Below are positions 50,773 to 61,237 of a DNA stretch of 64,000 nt, one piece after another (the stretch's first letter is position 1; every line of letters starts with the position of its first letter). A program made the position numbers and the translations under genes. This DNA is from Acidobacteriota bacterium. GTDB taxonomy: Bacteria; Acidobacteriota; CAIWXX01. The stretch lies in assembly GCA_040755995.1 (NCBI GenBank), contig JBFMAF010000036.1:96001-160000 (forward strand). Direction: 5' to 3'. Under the pieces are notes generated by a model. That model worked only from the letters and a program-made list of their open reading frames with translations, was not told where the DNA came from and made no database searches.

Positions 50773-51744
50773 ATGAGGAGAATCGTCATGGGCGGAACAC
50801 AAGACCGGTACCTGGCCACATCACTCCTCGCGGGAGTTCTTTTCCTCGATCTGCCCGGGGTCGAGCTTCGACTAGACATCGCCCCCTGCGCCGCGGAAGG
50901 TTCTGGATCCGTGCGTGCTGACCCGGCGCCTGTGCAACCGGCCTCCCCGGCAGTGGGAACGGCCCGAGAGAAGGCCGTGAGGATCTACCGGAACGAACAG
51001 GGGATGTGGGAAGCCGAGTACCCGCTGGGCATCATCATGGTCTACGTCCCCGCAGGGGAGCTTCTGATGGGATCACCCGAGGGGGAGATCGGTCGCAACG
51101 AGGACGAGGGCCCTCAGCACCTGGTGAAGATATCGCACGGATTCTGGATTGGCAAATACGAGGCCACGCAGTCCCTCATGAAGGCGCTCTTCGGCAGGAC
51201 CTTCGCTTACTATCAGGGTTCGGATGACTGCCCGCTGGAATGGGTCAGCCTGGACGACATACAGGAGCTGCTCAAGGCGCTGAATGAGAAGACGGGCCTG
51301 GCCTTCCGCCTCCCGTCCGAGGCCGAGTGGGAATACGCTTGCCGCGCGGGGACCACGTCTCCGTTCGCGTTCGGAGACAGTCTGAGCTCCGCCCAGGCCA
51401 CATTCGACGGAAGCAGTCCGTACGGCAGCGGCGCCAAGGGGACGAGCCAAACGAAACCGGGCCCCGTGGGAAGCTTTTCGCCGAACGCATGGGGCCTTCA
51501 CGACATGCACGGCAACGTGTGGGAATGGTGCGAGGACGTTTACAAGGCAGACATATACCGGCATCCGGAGCTCTACACGAATAACGCCGCCGGGAACCCG
51601 GTGTATGCGGGAGAGGGCAACGAGCATGTTCTCCGAGGCGGCGGCTGCCTAGGCAAAGGCGCGACTCTTCGCTCCGCGGCCCGCGGCCATCAAGAGTGGG
51701 GCTTCATCTACTCAGGATTTCGCCTCTGCATGGACAACAGGTAG
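50773..51744 (+). CDS. FGE/SUMF1-family protein
   Basis: FRLPSEAEWEYACRAG, PNAWGLHDMHGNVWEW, GFRL. Confidence 0.92.
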   Translation: MRRIVMGGTQDRYLATSLLAGVLFLDLPGVELRLDIAPCAAEGSGSVRADPAPVQPASPAVGTAREKAVRIYRNEQGMWEAEYPLGIIMVYVPAGELLMGSPEGEIGRNEDEGPQHLVKISHGFWIGKYEATQSLMKALFGRTFAYYQGSDDCPLEWVSLDDIQELLKALNEKTGLAFRLPSEAEWEYACRAGTTSPFAFGDSLSSAQATFDGSSPYGSGAKGTSQTKPGPVGSFSPNAWGLHDMHGNVWEWCEDVYKADIYRHPELYTNNAAGNPVYAGEGNEHVLRGGGCLGKGATLRSAARGHQEWGFIYSGFRLCMDNR

Positions 51745-51865
51745 CGAGCCTGATCCATCCGTGAGGTCGTCCTTCCCGCTCGATCTTCGCCTCCACGCGC
51801 CTCCACCCGCCCTCGAGACGCGGCCTCGGCGGCCGTCAGCTCGAAGTGGTCTCCAGGCGGTGCCC

Positions 51866-52654
51866 TCACGACGCCACCGGGGCCATGATCTTGTGAGCGA
51901 CCCATGTCCCGAGTGACCGCGGGACCAGCCGCCACGAGAAGACCAACAGCCGATTGGCGATCCCAGGCACCGTGAGTGCGCGGCGCTGCTTCATTGCCCG
52001 GTAGCCGGCCTCCGCCACCTCTCTTGCACTCATCATGGGCGTCTGCGTCATTCGGATTTTCTCCACCTTCGCCCGCGCCTGGAAACCGGTCTCGGTCACG
52101 CCGGGACAAAGCGCCGTCACGCTCACTCCTGTACCTCGGAGCTCCTCGGCGAGCGCCTCCGAGAACGACAGCACGTAGGCCTTGGTGGCGCAGTAGACCG
52201 CCATCAGGGGGCAGGGCCCGAAGGAGCCGGTGGAGCCCACGTTCAAGACGCTACCGGTCCCGCGGGCGATCATCTGCGGCAGGATGAGCCGTGTCAGGTA
52301 CGTCAGGCTCGTCATGTTGACATGCAGCATGCCGAGCAGCTGATCGACGTCTGCCTCCGCGAAGACACCGTGCATCCCGAACCCCGCGTTGTTCACCAGC
52401 ACGTCCACCTCGATCGAGCGTGCGTCGAGAGCAGCGGCCAGCTCTCTCGCGGAAACCGGATCGCTCAGATCTGCGGCCATGACAGCCACCTCCACGCCGT
52501 GCCTCCCGCGCAGATCCTGCGCGATCTCATCGAGTCTCGCCTTGTTCCGGGCGACCAGCACAAGATTGTGCCCATCGGCTGCGAGCAGGCGGCTCAGTTC
52601 GAGCCCGATGCCGCTTGACGCGCCTGTTACCAGAGCTGTCTTCTTCATCATCAT
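51866..52654 (-). CDS. Short-chain dehydrogenase/reductase
   Basis: TGASSGIG, NNAG, YCATK. Confidence 0.95.
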   Translation of the reverse strand: MMMKKTALVTGASSGIGLELSRLLAADGHNLVLVARNKARLDEIAQDLRGRHGVEVAVMAADLSDPVSARELAAALDARSIEVDVLVNNAGFGMHGVFAEADVDQLLGMLHVNMTSLTYLTRLILPQMIARGTGSVLNVGSTGSFGPCPLMAVYCATKAYVLSFSEALAEELRGTGVSVTALCPGVTETGFQARAKVEKIRMTQTPMMSAREVAEAGYRAMKQRRALTVPGIANRLLVFSWRLVPRSLGTWVAHKIMAPVAS

Positions 52655-53328
52655 CGTGTCCTCCGATTCGCTTTCCACCAAAGCCCTTGGAGAAGGGCGG
52701 TGAGAGTCTGTCTGAACGTGTCGTGAAACTGGAGCCTGAAGCATTCCATCCCCGGCATGCCGAGGATACGCTTGATCACTGGAGCCGGCTCCGCCACATT
52801 CTGGATGCCGACGACGAGCGTATATATCCAGAGCAGGAGCCGCTGTCCCTCTTTCGGCTTCGGGTGAGGCAGGCACCTCTCCAGCAGCCCGCCCGTGCGG
52901 ACCAGCCGCACCCGCAAGGCCTGCTTGAAACCCAGCGCCGTGGCGCCGTCGATGTTCCTCTCCAGTATCGCATGCCCGATCGCGATCAGGCGGGCGAGAA
53001 GCGGGTGGTGATCGACGGTACGCGTGAACAGTCCCGCCAGTTGCCTCGGCGTCGACGCGCGCGATGCGCGCGCCAGCCTTCCGAGTCCCGCATCCAGCTC
53101 ATCGAACCACCTGTCAAACTGGTCCGCGAGCAGCGCAAGAAAGAGCGCCTCCTTGCTGCCGAAGTAGAGGTACGGCGTACCCTTGGCGAGTCCCGCCCGC
53201 CGCGCGACCTCGGCCATCGATATCTCCTCGAACTCATGGCCGCGAAACAGCCCCAGCGCGACGTCCAGGATCGCCCGCCGGCGCTCCCGCTTCTGTGCGT
53301 CCCCGGCCGCCCTGTGTGTGATCACCAT
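52651..53328 (-). CDS. TetR-family regulator
   Basis: SMAEVARRAGLAKGTPYLYFGSKE; overlaps SDR start. Confidence 0.93.
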   Translation of the reverse strand: MVITHRAAGDAQKRERRRAILDVALGLFRGHEFEEISMAEVARRAGLAKGTPYLYFGSKEALFLALLADQFDRWFDELDAGLGRLARASRASTPRQLAGLFTRTVDHHPLLARLIAIGHAILERNIDGATALGFKQALRVRLVRTGGLLERCLPHPKPKEGQRLLLWIYTLVVGIQNVAEPAPVIKRILGMPGMECFRLQFHDTFRQTLTALLQGLWWKANRRTR

Positions 53329-53342
53329 TGCGTCTCCGATTC

Positions 53343-53386
53343 ACTGACCCGAGGTCAATTATTACTGACCGCGGGTCAGTTGTCAA
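53343..53386 (-). promoter_or_regulatory. Promoter with two tandem TetR operators
   Basis: actgacccgaggtcaat and actgaccgcgggtcagt; TTGACA-N17-AATAAT. Confidence 0.75.
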
Positions 53387-53702
53387 GTGGGACACGTGGC
53401 GGCGACGAGATTGCGCACAGCCAGGACGATGGAGCGAAGGAAGCGCTCAGCGCCAGCGGCAGCGAGGACGCCGGGCTTCTGGAGCGCCGCGCGCCTCTTG
53501 CTACGCTCAGGCGCCCGCTCCGGCGGCTTCCCATCGCAGACGCCCAACTGCAGTGCCCGGATGATTTCGGGATTCGTGATTTCGCCGGATCGCAGATACT
53601 CGTGCGCAGGCAGGGAAGGGGCACCATCCCGGTGGACAACTGCTCAGTCGGCTTACCCTCCGCCCAGGGGGGTCAATTCCAGATGCGCGAAAGGGGGTCA
53701 GT

Positions 53703-54249
53703 TTATAGTGATTGGCGACACTGTACGCGACCAGGGAGTTCCGTACCATGCTGGCCGAGGGGATGCACCCCCGCTTGCCCATGGACGCCAACATCGTGGA
53801 GCGGCACGCCACGGCACGTCACCCACGGTCTGGGGAGCCCTGGCCACGCGAGCAGTTCCTGCAGTGCCCGCCAGTTCCCGCGGATGGCGTCTGCGTAGCG
53901 ATCGGCTCGCTCCGCCCGCAGCCCTGCCTTGTACGCTCGATTCGCTGCGCAGGAGCAGAGGAGGAGAGCAATCGTCAGGAGGCCTGCGGCCCCGGATGCG
54001 AAGCGCAAAGCAAGGCCGCGCCTGCGCGTGTAGTGGTTGTTCATCTCACTTCTTGCCCAGCGACAGTATTGCCGTGTTGTGATGCAGGGCGTCCTCGAGC
54101 CAGACCGACTCGGATTCGACCTGCCTGATCGTGTACTTCTCTTCGAGAATCGGGCCCTGCCTAAGCGCAAGCACATCGTTCTTGAGACCGAATAGCGCGA
54201 TCATTCCACGCAATAGCCGGAACGGCTCGTCCGCGAACACGTTAGTCAC
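53703..54249 (-). pseudogene. Possible remnants of a T2SS/T4P gene pair (PilP/GspC-like 3' end; secretin-like lipoprotein 5' end)
   Basis: Fragment ending 54046 (LRQG.I.EKY.I..V) lies 1 nt from ATG 54044 encoding LLLCSCAANRAYKAGLRAE, which then degenerates. Confidence 0.4.
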
Positions 54250-54459
54250 AGCACCCCCACCTATGCTGGAACCCGACCGCCATGGAATATGTGGTGGCGA
54301 AGGCGGCTGTCAACAATCGTTTTTTCTTTCCTCCGGACATGCGCCCAATGACATACGCGCAGTTCGGAGGCGAGAACGCTATGGTGCGCGTCTTCGGCTG
54401 TGCTGAGCTGACAAAGGGCAGCGTCTCACGGACCCACGGCAGTTGTGCCGACGGCCCTG

Positions 54460-54488
54460 TTGTCGAATGGTGACGCGCTGTATAGAAT
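54460..54488 (+). promoter_or_regulatory. sigma70 promoter, leaderless
   Basis: TTGTCG-N17-TAGAAT, 7 nt before ATG 54496. Confidence 0.55.
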
Positions 54489-54495
54489 CGTGACC

Positions 54496-55110
54496 ATGTT
54501 GTTCGTAACAGGGCTTCTGATTGCGGCAGCAGTGGCGGCGCCTTTCGCGGCCAGGATTGATTCCTACTACGCCGGGGTGAACGTGCTGCAAGCCGACTTC
54601 GAGCAGTTGACCAGGTCTGCGGCCACGCGGGTGACGAAGAGCGAACGCGGCGTGTTCATGATGAGCAGGCAGGATGATCTCTTGCGATTCGAATACAGAG
54701 AGCCCGAACGCAAGATCTTCCTGTACCGATCGGGAGCGGTCGATTTCTATGTGCCGGAGGACCGCCAGCTCATCCGGTATCGGCTCGAAGAGGGGGCGGA
54801 CATTCTGCCGTTTCTTTTCCTGCTGGGGCGCAGGCGCCTGGCCGATTGCATCAGCCTGCCGCTGGTCGACGAGAAGCCCGCCGGGCCGGGCGTGGTGCTC
54901 CTGCGTCTCCAACCCGTCCGCGGCGGCGACGAGGAGTTCTACGTGGAGGCCGACACGGGGACGGGATCGGTCACGCGAATCATCTTCCTGGACGAGCTGA
55001 GGAACCGGGTCGAGATCCGGCTGTCGCACCAGAAGAGGGCGGTGGGGCTGCCGCCCGGAGCCGCCAGGATTGAGACGCCGGCCGGGGTTGAGATCATCGA
55101 GCGCGACTGA
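54496..55110 (+). CDS. lolA: Outer-membrane lipoprotein carrier protein LolA
   Basis: Signal peptide, LQADFEQ, ERG, RFEYREPERK, FYVPEDRQ. Confidence 0.75.
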   Translation: MLFVTGLLIAAAVAAPFAARIDSYYAGVNVLQADFEQLTRSAATRVTKSERGVFMMSRQDDLLRFEYREPERKIFLYRSGAVDFYVPEDRQLIRYRLEEGADILPFLFLLGRRRLADCISLPLVDEKPAGPGVVLLRLQPVRGGDEEFYVEADTGTGSVTRIIFLDELRNRVEIRLSHQKRAVGLPPGAARIETPAGVEIIERD

Positions 55111-55133
55111 AACCTTTGTCTGGTCAGGCCGTA
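55108..55133 (+). promoter_or_regulatory. SigW-type ECF autoregulatory promoter
   Basis: TGAAAC-N16-CGTA directly upstream of the sigma gene. Confidence 0.75.
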
Positions 55134-55137
55134 GATA

Positions 55138-55719
55138 GTGGTGACTGAGAGCAGGGGCGCTAACGAGAGCGACCAGGATCTGGTGGTGCGCGTACTCAGG
55201 GGCAGGAAGGATGCGTTTGGAGTGATCGTGCAGAGATATCAGAGGGCGATAGTCAACTTCACGTGCAGGATGGTGCACGACTATGAGACGGCCCTGGATC
55301 TGTCGCAGGAGATCTTCACCAAGGCCTACAACTCGCTCGATACCTACAAGCCGGGGTACAAGTTCAGCACGTGGCTCTACCGGATCGCCACTAATCACGT
55401 GATCGACTTTCTCAGGAAGAAGGAGCCGCAATGGATCTCGATCGACCAGCCGGGAGACGAGGGGGATCGCCCAATGGAGATCCCGGTGGAGAGGTCGCAC
55501 GGGATCGAGCAGATGGCGTTCGAGGAGAAGCGGGAGAAGATCGAGGCGGCGATACAGAAGCTGCCGCCGAGCTATCGAAGGCTGATCGTTCTGCGGCACG
55601 TGAACGAGTGCAGCTACGATGAGATCGCCCGGATCTGCTCGCTGCCGCTCGGGACCGTCAAGAACCGCATCTTCCGGGCCCGGGAGATGCTGCGCGCGGC
55701 GTTGGAGGGATACCTATGA
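55138..55719 (+). CDS. ECF sigma factor (SigW/RpoE-like)
   Basis: DLSQEIF, FSTWLYRIATN, SYDEIA..PLGTVKNRIFRAR. Confidence 0.95.
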   Translation: MVTESRGANESDQDLVVRVLRGRKDAFGVIVQRYQRAIVNFTCRMVHDYETALDLSQEIFTKAYNSLDTYKPGYKFSTWLYRIATNHVIDFLRKKEPQWISIDQPGDEGDRPMEIPVERSHGIEQMAFEEKREKIEAAIQKLPPSYRRLIVLRHVNECSYDEIARICSLPLGTVKNRIFRAREMLRAALEGYL

Positions 55720-56276
55720 AGGATCATCCGGATCGGGTCGAGCTATCCGCGTACATGGACTCGGAGCTGCCTGCATCCGAGATCGGCCGTATCGGGCGCC
55801 ATCTGGGTGACTGTGGGGCCTGCGCTGGATGGGTGGGGCTGCATCGCTCGATTGCGTCAGGCCTGCGGCAGGACGTCGAGGCGCCGGCGGATTTCGGGGA
55901 TCTTGTGATGAGACGGCTTGTGCCGTATGGGCACGATTGGAGGCTCACTATCGCCGCGTCCGTCGTCTTCATGCTGTTCACGCTGTCGACCGGTGCAGCG
56001 CTGATCGGGTGGGGATTGCTCAGCGATGCGCGCGCAACCGCCCAGCTTGGCGCCACAGCCGCCGCCGCAATCGATCGCGCGCTGTCGTTCACGAGATCCG
56101 TTGCGATGCTCGCGGAGATGATGTTCGATCTGGCGCGGGTGCTGATCTCGTCTCTCACGCTCGTCCTCCGGTCTCTAGGACCGGTGCTGCCGCTGGCTCT
56201 GCTGGCCGCTGTCACAATCTTGACGTACTTGCTCGGGCGAAGTATCGCCGCCTACCGGAGGAGTCGTTTTGCCTGA
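55716..56276 (+). CDS. ZAS (zf-HC2) anti-sigma factor
   Basis: LSAYMDSEL, HLGDCGAC, TM helices. Confidence 0.9.
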   Translation: MKDHPDRVELSAYMDSELPASEIGRIGRHLGDCGACAGWVGLHRSIASGLRQDVEAPADFGDLVMRRLVPYGHDWRLTIAASVVFMLFTLSTGAALIGWGLLSDARATAQLGATAAAAIDRALSFTRSVAMLAEMMFDLARVLISSLTLVLRSLGPVLPLALLAAVTILTYLLGRSIAAYRRSRFA

Positions 56277-57318
56277 TCGGCCGCCGGTTCTGACGCGGGT
56301 CGTTGCGAGACTGCGCGTGGAGACGCGAGATTGCGGCTTGTGGCTCGGAACGCACTGGGGCAGACGCCTCTGCTCCGGAGCGCTGCTGTGGGGCCTTGTC
56401 CTCATAGCCGCCGGAGCATGCGCGGACAGGTCGCGCGCCGCCTCGGCCGGCTCTGAGGGCCCCGCTCAGAGTCCGGGCAGTCGCGACATCCACATCGCCG
56501 TTGGAGAAGAGGCCCGGGAGGACCAGGTCTGCATCAAGGGCCGCATAATCATCGACGGGACCGCCCGCAGAAACGTGCTCGCGATAGGGGGCGAGGTGGG
56601 TCTGTACGGCGTAGTCAAAGGAGACGTCATTTCGGTGGGGGCTTCCGTCAGGATGGGACCCAAGGCTGTCATCGAAGGCGACCTTGTGTGCTTCGGTTCG
56701 TCTCTCGATCGGGCCGAGGGCTCCCAGGTGCTAGGCGAGACCATCTACGTCAACACGCCTCGCGAGCTCATCGATCCGCTTCTGAGCCGGCTGGAGTGGA
56801 ACCCGCTCGCGTACCGGTGGAGCCCGCTGCTGGTCGGCGCGAAGGTGGTCATGCTCTGCACGTGGTTCCTCATGGGGGCTCTCGTCATAGTCGCCTTTCC
56901 CGTACAGGTGAAATTCACTGCCGACGAGATACCGGTCCACTTCGTCCGATTCGGAATAATCGGCCTGCTCTGGGTCGCCACGCTCCTCCTGACGGCGCTG
57001 TTCCTGGCCTTCCTGGCGTTGCTGCTCGTCGGCATACCGCTTCTTCTGCTGCTCATCGTATTCGCGATCGTGATCAAGATCTTCGGGAACATCTGCATCT
57101 ACTACTCGGTCGGATCTCGATTGGCGCGCGCGCTGGGATGGCACCGGGCTCACGAGGTCCTGCACATGCTCCTGGGGCTGGCGCTCCTCGGATTCATTCA
57201 ATTCGTCCCGATCGTCGGATGGATGGTGTGGAGCCTACTGGGCATTATCGGGATGGGCGCCGCCCTGGCAACCAAGTTCGGCACAGGACAGCCGTGGCTG
57301 AGCAGGAAGAAAACCTGA
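56269..57318 (+). CDS. Bactofilin-like beta-helix membrane protein
   Basis: G.V.GDV repeats followed by several TMs; start uncertain. Confidence 0.75.
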   Translation: MPDRPPVLTRVVARLRVETRDCGLWLGTHWGRRLCSGALLWGLVLIAAGACADRSRAASAGSEGPAQSPGSRDIHIAVGEEAREDQVCIKGRIIIDGTARRNVLAIGGEVGLYGVVKGDVISVGASVRMGPKAVIEGDLVCFGSSLDRAEGSQVLGETIYVNTPRELIDPLLSRLEWNPLAYRWSPLLVGAKVVMLCTWFLMGALVIVAFPVQVKFTADEIPVHFVRFGIIGLLWVATLLLTALFLAFLALLLVGIPLLLLLIVFAIVIKIFGNICIYYSVGSRLARALGWHRAHEVLHMLLGLALLGFIQFVPIVGWMVWSLLGIIGMGAALATKFGTGQPWLSRKKT

Positions 57319-57372
57319 CGCCATCGGCACCAGCCCGCAGAACTCGGCAGTCTCGATTGGGTGCCGAAGCCC

Positions 57373-57555
57373 TCACTTCGCGTTGTATATCTTCACGATG
57401 CACTGAACCGGACAGACGGCTTCGCACGCGGCGCAATCAGTGCATGCGGAGTTGATCGTGTAGATGTTGCCCCGCTCTTCGATCGCCTCGTCTTCGCACA
57501 CCGTCAGGCATTCAGCGCACCCGATGCATTCAGAGGTTATGATGTAGGATCCCAT
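57373..57555 (-). CDS. 2[4Fe-4S] ferredoxin
   Basis: CIGCAECLTVC and CTDCAACEAVCP. Confidence 0.9.
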   Translation of the reverse strand: MGSYIITSECIGCAECLTVCEDEAIEERGNIYTINSACTDCAACEAVCPVQCIVKIYNAK

Positions 57556-57672
57556 AGGCTCAGATTATCCAGACGTTTGGGGTACATTTCAAGGGGGTGA
57601 TCCCGAGGCGTCACAGTTGCTTTCGTGAAGGTGAACAGTTCCCGGGCATCATCATGCGACGGCGGCAGGCAC

Positions 57673-58233
57673 CTACACGGTGCGCAGCTCCTGTTCCTTC
57701 TTCTTCAACGCCTCCTCGATCTTGGCGATGCACTCGTCGGTCAGCTTCTGGATCTGTTCGAGCGTCCGCTTCTGGTCGTCCTGGCTGATCTTCTTGTCCT
57801 TCTCGAGCTTCTTGACCTCTTCGTTCGAGTCTCTCCGGATGTTCCGCAGCGCGTTGCGGCTGTCCTCGGCGAGCTTGTGAATATGCTTGATGAGCTTCTG
57901 CCGCCTTTCTTCGTTCAAGGGCGGAATCGGTATCTTGATGATCTTGCCGTCGTTGACCGGGTTGAGCTCGAGATCGCTCTTCCGGATGGCCTTCTCGATA
58001 GGCGCCAGCAGCGACTGGTCCCACGGCTGCGCCGTCAGCAGATTCGGTTCCGGCGCCTGCAGCGTCGCCACCTGGTTGAGGGGAGTCGATGTTCCGTAGT
58101 AGTCCACGTGGATCCCGTCCAGAATGCTGATGGTGGCTCGCCCGCTTCGCACCGTCGTGAGCTCACGCTTGAACGCGTCCACCGACTGTTCCATCCTGGA
58201 TCTGGCCTTCGTGAGGGTCTGCTTCAGTTCCAT
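57673..58233 (-). CDS. frr: Ribosome recycling factor
   Basis: RSGRA, VDYYG, PPLNEERR, RNIRRD. Confidence 0.98.
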   Translation of the reverse strand: MELKQTLTKARSRMEQSVDAFKRELTTVRSGRATISILDGIHVDYYGTSTPLNQVATLQAPEPNLLTAQPWDQSLLAPIEKAIRKSDLELNPVNDGKIIKIPIPPLNEERRQKLIKHIHKLAEDSRNALRNIRRDSNEEVKKLEKDKKISQDDQKRTLEQIQKLTDECIAKIEEALKKKEQELRTV

Positions 58234-58338
58234 GAAACCTCCTCAATATCTGGGCGCGCATTCTATCACGGTCGTTCGCGCATGTCAGCCCGGCGGCCCC
58301 GCGGGCTCAACGGACCGAGGCGGAATCGGCCCGCCTGT

Positions 58339-59046
58339 TCAGACGACCTCTGACCCGATGCGCTCGCCCCGGACGATCCGTAAGATATTCCCGCGCTCGC
58401 GCAGGTCGAAGACTCGAATGGGCAGCTGATTGTCCATGCACAACGAAATCGCAGTCGCGTCCATGACCTTCAGGCCCTTCTTGAGCACGTCGATGTAACT
58501 GATGGAGTCGATCTTCACGGCGTTCTTGTCGATGTTGGGGTCGGCGGAATAGATGCCGTCCACGCGGGTTGCTTTGAGAATCGCCTCCGCCTTGATCTCC
58601 ATGGCGCGCAGCGCGGCGGCGGTGTCCGTGGTGAAGTACGGATTACCAGTGCCGGCGGCCAGGATGATGACGCGGCCCTTCTCGAGGTGCCGGATGGCGC
58701 GCCTCCGTATGTACGGTTCTGCCACCTCTCTCATCTCGATGGCCGACATGACGCGCGTGTACACGCGGAGCTTCTCGAGCGCATCCTGCAGGGCGATGCC
58801 GTTGATGACGGTCGCCAGCATGCCCATGTGATCGGCCGTTACACGTTCCATGCCCCTGGCCGACGCGGCGACACCGCGGAAGATGTTGCCGCCGCCGATG
58901 ACGATCGCCACTTCGACGCTCATGGCATGCACGTCGCGGATCTCCTCGGCGATCGACACGACCACGGCCGGATCGATGCCGGAGCCGGTCTCCCCCATGA
59001 GGGCCTCACCGGAGAGTTTCAGGAGGATGCGCTTGTAGGCGGGCAT
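58339..59046 (-). CDS. pyrH: UMP kinase
   Basis: [27 protein letters not shown]. Confidence 0.98.
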   Translation of the reverse strand: MPAYKRILLKLSGEALMGETGSGIDPAVVVSIAEEIRDVHAMSVEVAIVIGGGNIFRGVAASARGMERVTADHMGMLATVINGIALQDALEKLRVYTRVMSAIEMREVAEPYIRRRAIRHLEKGRVIILAAGTGNPYFTTDTAAALRAMEIKAEAILKATRVDGIYSADPNIDKNAVKIDSISYIDVLKKGLKVMDATAISLCMDNQLPIRVFDLRERGNILRIVRGERIGSEVV

Positions 59047-59173
59047 GTTTTCCAACGAGTCGCGGCCTATTCCCGACATCGATCCTGCCTCCCGGAGAAG
59101 GCGCACTGCGACCGCGTGTCGATATGTCGCGAGCGTTTGGCGAGCATGTGGTGCTCCGGGGCACCGGTCCCGC

Positions 59174-59773
59174 TCAGAGGTCCTCGCCCATGCGGTAGCG
59201 GACGAAGCGCCTGACCATGACATTCTCTCCCGACTTGGCGATGAACGCCGCCAGGATGTCGCGCACTTTCACGCTCTGGTCCTTCACGAAGGGCTGTTCG
59301 AGCAGGCACACTTCTGAATAGTAGTTCTGGAGCTTGCCTTCGACGATCTTCTCGATCACCTGGGGCGGCTTGCCGGAGTCCTTGAGCTGGGCGGCCACGA
59401 TCTCACGCTCCTTGCCCAGTATTTCCGGCGTCACATCTTCCTTCGCCACATATTTCGGTTCGGCCGCGGCGATCTGCATCGCGAGGTCCTTGACCAGCGC
59501 GTGGAACTCGGCGTTTTTCGCCACGAAGTCGCTCTCGCAGTTGACTTCGATCAGCACGCCGATCTTCCCACCTGCGTGTATATAGGACGCGATCACGCCT
59601 TCCTTGGTGGCGCGACCGGACTTCTTCTCAGCGATCTTGAGGCCGCGCTTCCTCAGATACGTGATCGCCTCTTCAGTATTCCCCTTGGTTTCGATCAGGG
59701 CGTTCTTGCATTCCATCATGCCCAGACCCGTGCGCTCCCGAAGCTCCTTGACCATTGCCGCTGTGATTTCCAT
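59174..59773 (-). CDS. tsf: Elongation factor Ts (short form)
   Basis: [25 protein letters not shown]. Confidence 0.98.
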   Translation of the reverse strand: MEITAAMVKELRERTGLGMMECKNALIETKGNTEEAITYLRKRGLKIAEKKSGRATKEGVIASYIHAGGKIGVLIEVNCESDFVAKNAEFHALVKDLAMQIAAAEPKYVAKEDVTPEILGKEREIVAAQLKDSGKPPQVIEKIVEGKLQNYYSEVCLLEQPFVKDQSVKVRDILAAFIAKSGENVMVRRFVRYRMGEDL

Positions 59774-59868
59774 ATCTCACCTCTGATCCAGGGGTTGCCC
59801 CTGTGTTCCAGTTCCCTCTCGACGCTCCGCGTTATGGGAGGTCGTCCCGGCCGCGCTACGAAGAGTCG

Positions 59869-60681
59869 TCACACCTGCAGGTCGGCCGGGTGGCCTGGAT
59901 GCTTCCGCGGGAGATGCTCAGCCGCATCCGGTGCGATCGCCGGGCCCACCCCCTCGTCCTCCGCTACCTTCTCCTCGACCGCCTGAACGCCCTGATGAAT
60001 CGCTCGCCCCTCGAGAATGGAGTCCGCGATCTTCGACGTGAACAATTTGATCGCCCGTATCGCGTCGTCGTTTCCGGGGATGGGGTAATCGATCTCCTCC
60101 GGGTCGCAGTTGGTATCCACAACGGCGATCACCGGTACGCCCAGCCGGCGGGCCTCGCTCACAGCGATCGCTTCCTTCTTGGAGTCTACGATGAAGATCG
60201 CGTCCGGCAGCGAGCTCATCTCGCGAATGCCGGAGAGGTTCTTCTCCAGCTTCCGCTTCTCCTTCTCCATCCGAGTCTGCTCCTTCTTGGTGAAGACAGC
60301 TTCCCAGCGCCCGTCGCGTTTCATTTCATCCAGCTCTTTCAACCGTTCCACAGAGCGCTCGATCGTGGAGAAATTCGTGAGCAGCCCGCCCAGCCAGCGT
60401 TGATTCACGAAGTAGCACCCGCAGCGTGCCGCCTCTTCAGCGACGATGTCCTTGGCCTGACGCTTGGTGCCGATGAAGAGCACCGTGCCGCCGCGCGACG
60501 CGATATCCAGCGCGAAGGCGCTCGCGTTCTTGAACAGCGCCAGCGTCTTCTTCAGGTCGATGATATAGATCCCGTTGCGTTCTCCAAAAATGTACTCTTT
60601 CATCTTCGGGTTCCACTTCTTGGTCTGGTGGCCGAAGTGGACGCCGGCTTCGAGCAGCTCTTTCATCGTGACAGAACTCAA
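59869..60681 (-). CDS. rpsB: 30S ribosomal protein S2
   Basis: [28 protein letters not shown] start with AGGAGG. Confidence 0.98.
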   Translation of the reverse strand: MSSVTMKELLEAGVHFGHQTKKWNPKMKEYIFGERNGIYIIDLKKTLALFKNASAFALDIASRGGTVLFIGTKRQAKDIVAEEAARCGCYFVNQRWLGGLLTNFSTIERSVERLKELDEMKRDGRWEAVFTKKEQTRMEKEKRKLEKNLSGIREMSSLPDAIFIVDSKKEAIAVSEARRLGVPVIAVVDTNCDPEEIDYPIPGNDDAIRAIKLFTSKIADSILEGRAIHQGVQAVEEKVAEDEGVGPAIAPDAAEHLPRKHPGHPADLQV

Positions 60682-60698
60682 GTATGATCCTCCTTCGA

Positions 60699-61091
60699 TT
60701 AGCGCTTGGAGAACTGGAAGCGCTTACGGGCGCCCTTCTGCCCGTACTTCTTGCGCTCCTTCGTCCGGCTGTCGCGGGTGAGGTAGCCGGCCTTCTTCAG
60801 TTTCTTCCGCAACTCGGCGTTGTAGCTGAGGAGCGCCTTGGCGACTCCCAGCCGCATGGCGCCGGCCTGGCCGTTGATCCCGCCGCCAATGCATCGGGCG
60901 AGGATGTCGAACTTGTCGATTGTCTCCGTCAGGAGCAGCGGCTGCTTGATCGCCATCTTCTGCCCCGGCGTCTGGAAGTACTCATCGAACGGACGGCCGT
61001 TGACTGTGAAAATGCCCTTGCCGGGCCGCAGGAAAACGCGCGCGACGGCCAACTTGCGCCTGCCCGTGCCTTGATACTGAATCAGTGCCAA
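60699..61091 (-). CDS. rpsI: 30S ribosomal protein S9
   Basis: [17 protein letters not shown]. Confidence 0.98.
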   Translation of the reverse strand: MALIQYQGTGRRKLAVARVFLRPGKGIFTVNGRPFDEYFQTPGQKMAIKQPLLLTETIDKFDILARCIGGGINGQAGAMRLGVAKALLSYNAELRKKLKKAGYLTRDSRTKERKKYGQKGARKRFQFSKR

Positions 61092-61108
61092 ACCAGTCTC
61101 CCTCCGTA

Positions 61109-61143
61109 AGTGCTAGGTGCTCAGTTCCGAGCGCTGAGTGCTC
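61109..61143. repeat. Heptamer tandem repeat (AGTGCTN-like) x5 in rplM-rpsI spacer
   Basis: agtgcta ggtgctc agttccg agcgctg agtgctc. Confidence 0.6.
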
Positions 61144-61237
61144 GCACCCATCTCCCACGCCGATCCCCCGCTCCTCGCGAGGCCCCGTCCCCGCTGGCAA
61201 GTCGCCGCGGGCGATGGCTCGGCATCATGCATCACCG

